DNA from: a bacterium
Lineage (GTDB): Bacteria > Patescibacteriota > Minisyncoccia > UBA6257 > JAGOQP01
Direction: 5' to 3'
DNA: 58,914 nt
NCBI GenBank assembly: GCA_021814445.1
Contig: JAKAIF010000002.1
Coordinates: 1 to 58,914 of the forward strand
Each line of letters starts with the position of its first letter. Position 1 is the stretch's first letter. Made by a program: the position numbers and the translations under genes. Positions 1-8,606 of the stretch are shown in pieces. The notes under the pieces are model-generated. The model was given only the letters and a program-made list of their open reading frames with translations, was not told the origin of the DNA and did not search any database.

Positions 1-1323
1 TTGGAGCGAATTATAGAACAGAAACCATCCAGCTCATTTCATGATTTAGTTGTCCACTTAGAATCTATTGCGGAGCACAAGGTGCCTATACGAACGGGAT
101 CGGCACGTCCTAGTTTGGGTAGAGTGCGACTCATGACAGCTCATAAATCAAAAGGGTTAGAATTTGATTATGTGTATATCATGCAAGCATATGATGGTCA
201 TTGGGGAAACAAGCGAATGCCCAATATTCTCCCCTTATTGCCACAGATTTATACCACAGGACTTATAAAAACCCCAGAGATAATAAAAGAAGATGAAGAC
301 AGGAGATTGTTTTATGTAGCGCTCACACGAGCAAGGAAGGAGGTCTATATCAGTTATGCTCACTATGATGCTCTTGCGCGTCAGCAGGTGCCGTGCGCGT
401 ATATAGAAGACATACGAGAAGATATTTCTGTTCGCGAAGAGATTCCGCATGAAGAACATAAAGAGTTGGAGGTTCCTGTACATACACAACCCACATCGTC
501 AGTGCGAGAACAAATGAAACGTATGGTGGGGGAACTTCTCTCTGAGCGAGGATTGTCGGTCACGGCTATTAATAACTATCTTTCATGTCCATGGAAATAT
601 TTTTATAACAATCTTCTCACTATTCCCCAAACACAAAAGAAGCACCAAATATACGGAACCGCAGTGCATGCGGCGTTGCGTGATGTCGTGGTACGAGTTC
701 AGAAAGAGGGGATTCAAAAAGACGATGCACGGTATGCTGCTACTCAGTTTCAGAAACACATACACGGAAAACCTCTCACACAACAAGAGTGTAAAGATCT
801 CACACAACGAGGAGAAAAAGCGGTATCTGAATATGTAAAAGTAACGGAGGGGCAATGGAAATTTCCTGCATTTACTGAGTTTAAAATTTCTGGTGTTTTT
901 ATTACTCCCGATGTTATGTTGCGAGGAATAATTGATCGCATGGAGTTATTATCTGATGGGGGAGCGGTGCGAGTGATTGATTATAAAACAGGGAAACAGA
1001 AGTCACGTGCAGACATTGAGGGAAAAACAAAATCAAGTGCAGGGGATATTTATCGCCAACTTGTTTTTTATAAATTATTACTTGAGGAACAACAAGATAA
1101 AAAGTACAGGATGGAGTCTGGAGTTATTGATTTTGTGGAACCAAATGAAAAAGGAGATATACGACGAGAAGAGTTTCATATTGAGGAGGCCGATGTCTCC
1201 GCTTTAAAAGAGACTATTCATACTATTCTGGGAGAAATTAGAGAACTGACTTTTTGGGATACGCGATGTGATGATGCGGAATGTGAATTTTGCGCGTTGC
1301 GTAATATGATAACAGAGGTATAA
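1..1323 (+). CDS. UvrD/PcrA-type helicase C-terminal part fused to a RecB/Cas4-like PD-(D/E)XK nuclease domain (5' end cut by window edge)
   Basis: Helicase motifs LMTAHKSKGLEFD and FYVALTRARKEVYISY. Nuclease motifs IDRMEL, VIDYKTGK, QLVFYKLLL. Cys cluster CPW...CDDAECEFC. Reading frame is open to nt 1. Confidence 0.8.
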   Translation: MERIIEQKPSSSFHDLVVHLESIAEHKVPIRTGSARPSLGRVRLMTAHKSKGLEFDYVYIMQAYDGHWGNKRMPNILPLLPQIYTTGLIKTPEIIKEDEDRRLFYVALTRARKEVYISYAHYDALARQQVPCAYIEDIREDISVREEIPHEEHKELEVPVHTQPTSSVREQMKRMVGELLSERGLSVTAINNYLSCPWKYFYNNLLTIPQTQKKHQIYGTAVHAALRDVVVRVQKEGIQKDDARYAATQFQKHIHGKPLTQQECKDLTQRGEKAVSEYVKVTEGQWKFPAFTEFKISGVFITPDVMLRGIIDRMELLSDGGAVRVIDYKTGKQKSRADIEGKTKSSAGDIYRQLVFYKLLLEEQQDKKYRMESGVIDFVEPNEKGDIRREEFHIEEADVSALKETIHTILGEIRELTFWDTRCDDAECEFCALRNMITEV

Positions 1324-1331
1324 TAGAAGCA

Positions 1332-1466
1332 ATGAAAAAAACACTTAAAATTATATTGTTTGTTTTAGTCTTTGTGGTATTGGTATGCACTCTAGTTCTT
1401 ATTATTGATAATAAGAAAGCAATTGCGCCGACTGAACAACCAATACAACAAGAAACAAGTAATTAA
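1332..1466 (+). CDS. 44-aa single-pass membrane peptide (below ORF-track cutoff)
   Basis: ATG 8 nt after the helicase stop. MKKTLKIILFVLVFVVLVCTLVLII hydrophobic helix. Ends 9 nt before the pilin gene. Confidence 0.35.
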   Translation: MKKTLKIILFVLVFVVLVCTLVLIIDNKKAIAPTEQPIQQETSN

Positions 1467-1475
1467 TAATAAGAG

Positions 1476-2735
1476 ATGAAATCTCAACACTCTTTTACTT
1501 TGATTGAGCTACTGGTTGTCATCGGTATTCTCGCTATCCTCACTGCAGCAGTCGTTCTTGTCTTAAACCCCTCAGAACTCTTAAAACAAGGGAGAGACTC
1601 TACCCGTATGACTGATCTGGCAAGTATGAATAAAACAATTCAATTAGCTCTTACGCAAACTCCGTCTCTGTCTCTCGGTACTGCGTCTACCGTCTATGTA
1701 TCTTTGCCCGACAATAGTTCTTCCACCTGTGGCTCTCTTGGCCTTCCGATGCTTCCTACAGGATATACCTATAGTTGTGTCTCTGCTGCCTCTTCAACTC
1801 TGGTGAATGGCACGGGTTGGTTACCTATAGACTTTACTGCCTCAGGAGTACAAAGTCTTTCTAAATTACCTATAGATCCTTCCAATACCTCCTCAACCTC
1901 TCTGTATTATACCTATACCGTAAGTCCAACTACCCAAACCTATGAACTAACGACCATCCTCGAATCTACCAAATATAGACTCGGGGGACCCGCAGATAAA
2001 GTCTCTACGGATGGAGGCACTACCTCCTATACCTATGAGAAAGGCACCAATCTCTCCGTAAGTCCTATAACTGATACCGGTCTTGTCGGCTATTGGAAGT
2101 TTGATGAAGGATCAGGAACTCAAGCCCTTGATGCCAGTGGCAACAACAATACCGGTACCTTAACCAATGGCCCTACTTGGCAACAAGCCTCTACCTGTAA
2201 AGTAGGGGGATGTTTGTTATTTAACTACGGCTCATCTACCAGTATTTCTATCCCAGAGCCGGTTGATAATTCTTTTGATTTTGGATTATCTCAAAGTTTC
2301 TCGGTATCCATTTTTGCAAAGATTCAGAATCCAGCGGCTTATAATTCGTTTTTGGGTAAATGTGGACAAGATAATTCATGTCCTGGTTACGAATTTTTTC
2401 TGAATTCCAATACATTAGACTTTCGTATGACATGGACTGGGGGACCTTTGTATGGTATTGATACAACAGCTTCTTATGATATTAGAGATAATGGATGGCA
2501 TCACGTAGTGGCTGTAGTAGACAGAACAACATTCAAGGTGTTTATCTACGTAGATGGTATTTTACGAAATAATGGGGGAAATATAGCATCAGTTGGTAAT
2601 ATAGATAATTCAACAAATCTACGCATTGGTGTCTCTGGTGCGGGACCGTGGAATGGCCCTCTTGATGATGCTCGGGTCTACAATAGAGCTCTCTCTCCTG
2701 CAGAAGTGTTAGCAATCTATAATTCTACTCGGTAA
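1476..2735 (+). CDS. Type IV pilin-like protein: prepilin N-terminal methylation motif plus C-terminal LamG/concanavalin-A-like domain
   Basis: MKSQHS|FTLIELLVVIGILAIL class III signal. LVGYWKFDEGSGT...WHHVVAVVD...DDARVYNRALSPAEV is a Laminin_G_3-type signature. Confidence 0.85.
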   Translation: MKSQHSFTLIELLVVIGILAILTAAVVLVLNPSELLKQGRDSTRMTDLASMNKTIQLALTQTPSLSLGTASTVYVSLPDNSSSTCGSLGLPMLPTGYTYSCVSAASSTLVNGTGWLPIDFTASGVQSLSKLPIDPSNTSSTSLYYTYTVSPTTQTYELTTILESTKYRLGGPADKVSTDGGTTSYTYEKGTNLSVSPITDTGLVGYWKFDEGSGTQALDASGNNNTGTLTNGPTWQQASTCKVGGCLLFNYGSSTSISIPEPVDNSFDFGLSQSFSVSIFAKIQNPAAYNSFLGKCGQDNSCPGYEFFLNSNTLDFRMTWTGGPLYGIDTTASYDIRDNGWHHVVAVVDRTTFKVFIYVDGILRNNGGNIASVGNIDNSTNLRIGVSGAGPWNGPLDDARVYNRALSPAEVLAIYNSTR

Positions 2736-2753
2736 AATTCTTGAATACAAAAA

Positions 2754-2779
2754 ATCATCCGATTCGGATGATTTTTTTA
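2754..2779. terminator. Bidirectional intrinsic terminator
   Basis: ATCATCCG-att-CGGATGAT stem flanked by an A-run and a T-run, between convergent genes. Confidence 0.6.
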
Positions 2780-2786
2780 ACGCTGC

Positions 2787-3149
2787 TTATTTTTTTGATG
2801 TTTTCTTAGGAGGAGTTGCAACAATATGTTTTTTAATACTCTTCCAATGACTCTTTGCTTCCTTCACTAATTTCTCTACATCTGCTTTATCAACATGAGA
2901 AAGTGTTTGATACTTTTGCATTACTTTTTCTACAATTGCATGATACGTTTTTTCGTCCACGCTGGGGAGTTTTTCCAATTGTTCAAGAACTTCTCCTTTT
3001 GCTTTTAACATCCATCCCTTTACCACTTTTCTATTTTTTTGAGCACCTTTGCTTCCATAGAGAAGATAGGTTCCCGCTGCTGCTGCGAGTATAGCGCCGA
3101 TTCCCGCAATAGTTGCTCCTGTATGAGAGACTTTTTTCTTTGTTGCCAT
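2787..3149 (-). CDS. YtxH-like protein (N-terminal Gly/Ala helix, coiled C-terminus)
   Basis: GATIAGIGAILAAAAGTYLLYGSKGAQKNRK resembles the YtxH N-terminus. Lys-rich tail. Confidence 0.55.
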   Translation of the reverse strand: MATKKKVSHTGATIAGIGAILAAAAGTYLLYGSKGAQKNRKVVKGWMLKAKGEVLEQLEKLPSVDEKTYHAIVEKVMQKYQTLSHVDKADVEKLVKEAKSHWKSIKKHIVATPPKKTSKK

Positions 3150-3175
3150 AGTAATATATTTTTAAAATTATTTTT

Positions 3176-3463
3176 TTATTTTGACTCTTTTCTGGTTGAT
3201 TTCTTTTTTGGAGAGTGAGTTTTGGAAACTTTCTCCATAATCGCATCTTTTAATGAAGAGAGGACCTCTTCAATGTGTTTTCGTGTTCCCGTTACATGAG
3301 AAACAATAGTATTCATTTCATCCCGTACCGTATTTGAGACAAGATGAATATTTTTTGCAACACGACTTATGTGCCACAAAGCGACGCCCGCTAATATAGC
3401 AAGCACAACGGTTGCTACAGAAGCGATAAAAAAGAAAATATTTGCTTGAAGTAAACTGTCCAT
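3176..3463 (-). CDS. DUF948-like small membrane protein
   Basis: Single N-terminal TM (IFFFIASVATVVLAILAGVAL) plus a helical tail. Adjacent to a ytxH-like gene, as in Firmicutes. Confidence 0.5.
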   Translation of the reverse strand: MDSLLQANIFFFIASVATVVLAILAGVALWHISRVAKNIHLVSNTVRDEMNTIVSHVTGTRKHIEEVLSSLKDAIMEKVSKTHSPKKKSTRKESK

Positions 3464-3472
3464 AATACTGAG

Positions 3473-3481
3473 AGTATATCA
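3473..3481 (-). promoter_or_regulatory. TGATATACT extended -10 box, 9 nt upstream of ATG 3463
   Basis: Minus strand reads TATGATATACTCTCAGTATTATG. No SD between the box and the ATG. Confidence 0.45.
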
Positions 3482-3653
3482 TACTTGTAAACAATTCAAA
3501 AGTAAGGCACAAAAAGATACGCGCTCTCTATTGAATTGCTTTATAAGACAATCTGTGATAGCCTCACAGAGTAGGTTCCAACTCAAATAGGTTCGAGTGT
3601 TTCACAAGAAACCGAGTGAGGGTCGTCCTACGGACAACAAAACGTAATCAAAT

Positions 3654-3989
3654 ATGAGCAAAAAGTTATACGTCGGAGGACTCTCATACTCGACAAATGA
3701 TGACGGATTACGCGACAGCTTTTCACAGGCTGGAGAAGTTATCTCAGCAACAGTCATGATGGACAAAATGACTGGTCGCTCTCGCGGATTCGGATTCGTA
3801 GAAATGGCAGACGAGGAAGCAATGAATCGCGCCATTGAAATGTTCGACGGAAAAGAGTTAGATGGTCGCACAGTTCGTGTAAACGAAGCGCGCCCATTGG
3901 AAGATCGTCCAGCCCGTACCTTCAATAAACCCCGCTTCGGTGGAGATAGAGGAGGAAACGGCGGATTTCGTCGATCATATGATAATTAA
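3654..3989 (+). CDS. RRM-type RNA-binding protein with RGG-rich tail
   Basis: RNP2 LYVGGL, RNP1 RGFGFVEM. C-terminal GGDRGGNGGFRR. Confidence 0.9.
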   Translation: MSKKLYVGGLSYSTNDDGLRDSFSQAGEVISATVMMDKMTGRSRGFGFVEMADEEAMNRAIEMFDGKELDGRTVRVNEARPLEDRPARTFNKPRFGGDRGGNGGFRRSYDN

Positions 3990-4011
3990 TAACTAATTAT
4001 TGTAATAGAAG

Positions 4012-4038
4012 CCGGTACTGTAAAAGGTACCGGTTTTT
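4012..4038 (+). terminator. Intrinsic terminator
   Basis: CCGGTAC...GTACCGG stem followed by TTTTT. Confidence 0.6.
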
Positions 4039-4040
4039 GT

Positions 4041-4064
4041 TATATCCCGACGTAAAGTCGAGGT
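4041..4064 (+). repeat. Partial copy (hairpin 1 only) of the double-hairpin cassette
   Basis: TATATCCCGACGTAAAGTCGAGG shares the TTATATCCCGAC head with copies at 13261 and 54824. Confidence 0.45.
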
Positions 4065-4186
4065 GTTATTAAAATAAAAATATCATTCCAATGTATTGGC
4101 ACAGGATTTTTTGATTTCGGAGATGGTATCCAGTAAGATGTGTGTATTCCTTAATACATAATACTAAATACTTAATACTTGTTTTT

Positions 4187-4975
4187 ATGTCTATTTTACA
4201 CACAATCATTTTAGGAATTGTTGAGGGAGTTACTGAGTTTTTACCCATATCTTCAACCGCCCATCTCATTATTGCTTCGCGTGTATTACATATTGCACAA
4301 AGTGATTTCATGAAGACGTTTGAAATTGTGATTCAACTGGGGGCTATTGCTGCGGTCGCGGCATTGTATTTTAAAACACTCATCACAAAACCAAAGCTTA
4401 TTGGAAAAATTTTAGCGGCGTTTATCCCCACGTCTATTATTGGATTGGCGGTATATTCGTTCGCAAAAAAATATCTTCTGGGGAATTTATCTGTCACTGT
4501 GTGGGCCTTGGTATTGGGAGGAATAGGTATTATTCTTTTTGAAATATATTCAGAAAAAAAATTTGGTGCACAGGAGACATCTTCTAAAGAATTAGAGGAA
4601 TCTATTTCATATCCAGCGGCGCTCTGGATGGGAATATGTCAGGCAGTTGCAATTATTCCGGGAGTTTCGCGATCTGCGGCGACTATTTTAGGAGGACGTG
4701 CGCTTGGTATTACTCGCAAAGAAGTGGTTGAATTTTCGTTTTTACTCGCGGCGCCCACCATGTTTGCGGCAGCAGCTCTTGATATATATAAAAATCCTCA
4801 GGCGATCTCGGGGGATAATATAGTACTTATTGGCATTGGTCTTGTGGTTTCATTTGTGGTTGCTTATATGAGCATGAAGTGGTTACTAAAATATATACAG
4901 ACTCATTCATTCAAAGTGTTTGGCGTATATAGAATTATTGTGGGTATTGTGGTCTGGATATTGTTTCTAAGATAG
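4187..4975 (+). CDS. uppP: Undecaprenyl-diphosphatase
   Basis: ILGIVEGVTEFLPISSTAHL and PGVSRSAATI motifs. Start moved to ATG 4187, because the track start is a GTG inside a heptad tract. Confidence 0.9.
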   Translation: MSILHTIILGIVEGVTEFLPISSTAHLIIASRVLHIAQSDFMKTFEIVIQLGAIAAVAALYFKTLITKPKLIGKILAAFIPTSIIGLAVYSFAKKYLLGNLSVTVWALVLGGIGIILFEIYSEKKFGAQETSSKELEESISYPAALWMGICQAVAIIPGVSRSAATILGGRALGITRKEVVEFSFLLAAPTMFAAAALDIYKNPQAISGDNIVLIGIGLVVSFVVAYMSMKWLLKYIQTHSFKVFGVYRIIVGIVVWILFLR

Positions 4976-4976
4976 T

Positions 4977-5930
4977 ATGCATAAAGGATTTTGGGAAAAA
5001 TTAAATAAGCCTATTTTTGCGCTTGCTCCTATGCATGACGTGACCGACGCTGCGTTTCGACATCTCATAGCAGACGTAGCAAAACCAGATGTGTTATTCA
5101 CGGAATTTGTTGCGGTAGATGGGCTGGTGCACCTCGCCTCACAAGAAAAAATGATTCAACATTATTTTCAATATAGTGAAGAGGAGCGCCCCCTCGTTGC
5201 TCAGGTATGGGGAAACAATCCACAACATTTTTTTGAATCAGCTCAGCTTGTAGAAAAATTAAAGTTTGATGGTATTGATATTAACATGGGATGCCCCGAC
5301 AAACAGGTGGTGAAATTAGGAGGAGGTGCGGCGCTTATGCAAAATCCATCACTTGCGTTAGAAATTATCAAAGCAACTCAAGAAGCAACACAACTTCCTG
5401 TTTCTATAAAAACGCGCATAGGATTCGATACTATAGATCTTTCATTTATACAGAAGATATCTGAGGCTCTACCCGTTGCAATTACGATTCACGGACGCAC
5501 GAAAAAAGAAATGTCATCAGTTCCGACTCATTGGGATGTTATTGCCCATATCGCGCCAGAATTACAAGAGAAGGGGATTCTCGTTTTGGGAAATGGGGAT
5601 ATTTCTAGTTATCAAGACGCGCAGGAAAAAATAAAGTTATCAGGGGTGGATGGAGTTATGATTGGACGTGGGGTATTTGGAAATCCATGGATTTTTTCAA
5701 AAGAGGCGCGTGAAGTTTCTCTTCATGATAAACTTATCGTATTACGTCATCACGTAGAATTATTTGAAAAAATATTTGGAAAGACAAAAGATTTTTCAGT
5801 TATAAAAAAACATGTACGAGGATATGTGCATGGTTTTGATGGCGCAAAAGAAATGAGGAGTGAAATTATGGAATCAAAAACTGCATCTCAGATGATGCAA
5901 GTTCTAGAAACTCTCATTCAAAAACAATAG
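4977..5930 (+). CDS. dus: tRNA-dihydrouridine synthase
   Basis: LAPMHDVTD, DINMGCPDKQVVKLGGGAALM, HGRTK motifs. Confidence 0.9.
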   Translation: MHKGFWEKLNKPIFALAPMHDVTDAAFRHLIADVAKPDVLFTEFVAVDGLVHLASQEKMIQHYFQYSEEERPLVAQVWGNNPQHFFESAQLVEKLKFDGIDINMGCPDKQVVKLGGGAALMQNPSLALEIIKATQEATQLPVSIKTRIGFDTIDLSFIQKISEALPVAITIHGRTKKEMSSVPTHWDVIAHIAPELQEKGILVLGNGDISSYQDAQEKIKLSGVDGVMIGRGVFGNPWIFSKEAREVSLHDKLIVLRHHVELFEKIFGKTKDFSVIKKHVRGYVHGFDGAKEMRSEIMESKTASQMMQVLETLIQKQ

Positions 5931-5931
5931 A

Positions 5932-6555
5932 TTATGTTTCTATAAATTGTTTTAAAATCTGAAAGTCTTTAAAGAGTTGTTCTCTGGTGGTAGTGTTATA
6001 AATGGATGCGGCTGGATGATACATGGGAATAATAGTCACAGGAAACGATACCAAAGAACCCGAGGTATGAATGGTTCCATGGAGTACGCTAATGGGTTTT
6101 AGTTCATACTCCAATCCAAATCGTTTCATAATATACGCCATAGAGAATCTTCCGAGAGTAACAATTATTTTGGGCCTAATAATTTCTATTTGTCTATCAA
6201 GAAAGGGGGCATAGAGCTCTATCTCTTCTGGTTCGGGGTCTCTATTATTTTGCGGACGATCTTTTACAATATTGGTGATGTACACATCTTCACGTTTAAT
6301 GTGGACGCTTTCTAGAAGTTTGTCTAGAATCTTTCCTGCCGCACCACAAAACGGGCGACCTGTTTGAGCCTCATTCTTCCCCGGAGCTTCTCCAATAAAC
6401 ATGAACGTCGCATAGTGATTTCCTTGCCCCACTACGGGGAAATAATTATTTTGCGTGCGATATTCATATAAGGGAGATTGGGTAAGCGATAATAATTCAT
6501 CGCGTATCTCACGTAATTTTTCATCTCGTTGGTCTAACGTATGCGCCTCACTCAT
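5932..6555 (-). CDS. Uracil-DNA glycosylase, family 4-like (no Cys cluster)
   Basis: GEAPGKNEAQTGRPFCGAAGKILD motif and C-terminal HPA motif. The N-terminal CxxC of canonical family 4 is absent. Confidence 0.8.
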   Translation of the reverse strand: MSEAHTLDQRDEKLREIRDELLSLTQSPLYEYRTQNNYFPVVGQGNHYATFMFIGEAPGKNEAQTGRPFCGAAGKILDKLLESVHIKREDVYITNIVKDRPQNNRDPEPEEIELYAPFLDRQIEIIRPKIIVTLGRFSMAYIMKRFGLEYELKPISVLHGTIHTSGSLVSFPVTIIPMYHPAASIYNTTTREQLFKDFQILKQFIET

Positions 6556-6564
6556 AATACGATA

Positions 6565-6573
6565 AGTATATCA
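6565..6573 (-). promoter_or_regulatory. TGATATACT extended -10 box, 9 nt upstream of the udg ATG
   Basis: Minus strand reads TTATGATATACTTATCGTATTATG. Confidence 0.45.
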
Positions 6574-6599
6574 TAAAATTTGTTCACAGTAGTGTTTAT

Positions 6600-6608
6600 T
6601 GATATACT
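6600..6608 (+). promoter_or_regulatory. TGATATACT extended -10 box, 6 nt upstream of ATG 6615
   Basis: TTATTGATATACTAACCGCATG. No SD. Confidence 0.45.
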
Positions 6609-6614
6609 AACCGC

Positions 6615-7361
6615 ATGTCATTTTATCAAAAATTTTCTCGCACATTTGAACCAGGAAAACCGTTCAATTTTAGTCGTTCAAAATTAGAATCATTTATTAA
6701 ATGCCCGCGTTGTTTCTATCTAGATAGGCGATTGGGGATTGGTCAACCAGCGGGGTTCCCGTTTACTCTAAATTCCGCAGTGGATGCTCTTTTTAAAACA
6801 GAATTTGATGTTCATCGCGCCCACCAAACTCCTCATCCGCTCATGAAAACGTATCATGTAGACGCAGTACCGTTTCAGCACGAGATGATGGATACCTGGC
6901 GAGAAACGTTCCAGGGAGTGCGGTATTATCACGAACCTACGAAGTTGACTATTTTTGGAGCCGTGGATGATATTTGGGTGAATCCGAAAGGAGAATTGCT
7001 TGTTGTCGATTATAAAGCGACAAGCACGAGTTCTGAGATAACGATGGACGCGGAATATCGTCAGGGATATAAGAGACAGATGGAAATTTACCAATGGTTG
7101 CTCCGCAAGAATGGATTCACTGTTTCTAACGAGGGATACTTTGTGTATGCAAATGGAAGAAAAGACAAAGAAGCATTTGATGGAAAGCTTGAATTTGATG
7201 TGCAGGTTATCCCCTATGTGGGGGATGATTCATGGGTAGAGCAATCAATTATAGATGCACATGCCTGTATGTCGGGAGACGTGATTCCCGATTCCACGGA
7301 CGGATGTGAATATTGTGAATATAGAAAAAAAGCAGCTCAGGTGGAAAAATGGAGTGTATAA
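6615..7361 (+). CDS. RecB/Cas4-like PD-(D/E)XK nuclease with 4-Cys cluster
   Basis: CPRCFY...VVDYKATS...QMEIYQWLL...CEYCEY. Confidence 0.75.
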   Translation: MSFYQKFSRTFEPGKPFNFSRSKLESFIKCPRCFYLDRRLGIGQPAGFPFTLNSAVDALFKTEFDVHRAHQTPHPLMKTYHVDAVPFQHEMMDTWRETFQGVRYYHEPTKLTIFGAVDDIWVNPKGELLVVDYKATSTSSEITMDAEYRQGYKRQMEIYQWLLRKNGFTVSNEGYFVYANGRKDKEAFDGKLEFDVQVIPYVGDDSWVEQSIIDAHACMSGDVIPDSTDGCEYCEYRKKAAQVEKWSV

Positions 7362-7415
7362 TATATATACGTTATACACTAGAAGATAAATATTATATAC
7401 GAATACTATCAATAA

Positions 7416-7447
7416 TCATTCAACGATTGACGCTAATCGTTGAATGA
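7416..7447. repeat. 32-nt palindrome family, copy 1
   Basis: TCATTCAACGATTGACGCTAATCGTTGAATGA. Overlaps the -35 zone of the downstream regulator gene. Confidence 0.85.
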
Positions 7448-7476
7448 AATAAATAATATAATTATATAATAAAAAC

Positions 7477-7743
7477 ATGAAAAGATGGGTTTACATATTT
7501 AAAATATTCTCAAATTTTAATAGAGTAAGCATTGTTAAGTTGCTTATGGGAAAGAAACCTATGACCGTAAGTGATATCTCCGATGAATTGCATATTTCAC
7601 TTGCTTCAACATCAAAACATCTTATTATTCTTGATAGACTAGATGTATTGAATAGTACAGGGAGAGCAGGACATGTTTTTTATGAAATCAATAGAAACAT
7701 GCCGAAGGATATAAAGAAGGTGATAGATATTTTCCTTTCATAA
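7477..7743 (+). CDS. ArsR/SmtB-like winged-helix transcriptional regulator
   Basis: RVSIVKLLMGKKPMTVSDISDELHISLASTSKHLIILDRLDVL matches the ArsR HTH pattern. Confidence 0.6.
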   Translation: MKRWVYIFKIFSNFNRVSIVKLLMGKKPMTVSDISDELHISLASTSKHLIILDRLDVLNSTGRAGHVFYEINRNMPKDIKKVIDIFLS

Positions 7744-7750
7744 AACAAAA

Positions 7751-7790
7751 CTATCCATTCAACGATTGACGCTAATCGTTGAATGGATAG
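7751..7790. repeat. Palindrome family, copy 2 (40-nt extended arms)
   Basis: CTATCCATTCAACGATTGACGCTAATCGTTGAATGGATAG, 8 nt after the regulator stop. Confidence 0.85.
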
Positions 7791-7839
7791 TAGGGGTAAA
7801 AATGTAAAACAAACAAAGAATACTATTTTATATTGATAT

Positions 7840-8565
7840 ATGAAGATTCATCGCTTTTTTCTTAATACGGGGTTTCTAGAGGGAGAGATGTCTATTACTG
7901 ATAATGAACTTATTCATCAAATGAGGGATGTATTAAAACTTCATGATGGGGAAAAATGTGTATTGTTTAACGCTGCCGAGCAAGAGGCTCACGCGCATAT
8001 ACTACAATGTGATATAAACGGAGTCACATTATCTGTAGAAAAAATAATACAGAAAAGCGAGCAAAAAACAAAAATTACACTTTATTGCGCAATCTTAAAG
8101 CGAGAGAATTTTGAATTAGTGGTACAAAAAGCAACAGAGCTAGGAGTACATGAAATTGTTCCCATTATCACACAACGAACCGTAAAAACAGGACTCAAAC
8201 ATGAAAGGCTTGAGAAAATAGCAACTGAAGCAACTGAGCAATCAGGACACACATACATTCCAGTAATACAAAAACCAATTTTGTTTAGTGATGCATTGCA
8301 TAAAGCGCAAGATCATACACGTGTTGTTGTATTGCATACCGAAATATCACAGGGAGATAATTCATTTTCAAACACTGAAAGTATTGCTTCAATAGGAGTA
8401 TTTGTGGGCCCAGAAGGAGGATTCACGCAAGAAGAAATCCAACAAGCAAAAGAATATCGCTATTCTATACACACCTTTCCGCACATGGTTCTCCGTGCGG
8501 AAACCGCAGCTATCATAGGAGTATTTTGGGCACACAATTTGTTTATGACAAATAATATGGACTAG
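7840..8565 (+). CDS. rsmE: 16S rRNA (uracil1498-N3)-methyltransferase
   Basis: MKIHRFF start and VGPEGGFTQEE motif. Confidence 0.85.
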   Translation: MKIHRFFLNTGFLEGEMSITDNELIHQMRDVLKLHDGEKCVLFNAAEQEAHAHILQCDINGVTLSVEKIIQKSEQKTKITLYCAILKRENFELVVQKATELGVHEIVPIITQRTVKTGLKHERLEKIATEATEQSGHTYIPVIQKPILFSDALHKAQDHTRVVVLHTEISQGDNSFSNTESIASIGVFVGPEGGFTQEEIQQAKEYRYSIHTFPHMVLRAETAAIIGVFWAHNLFMTNNMD

Positions 8566-8606
8566 TAAAATCCCTCTTGGGGATTTTTATACTTAATACA
8601 CAATAC

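Noticed and set aside
3602-3925. 107-aa ORF antisense to the RRM protein gene
   Set aside because: The RRM frame has clear RNP1 and RNP2 motifs. The antisense product has no features.
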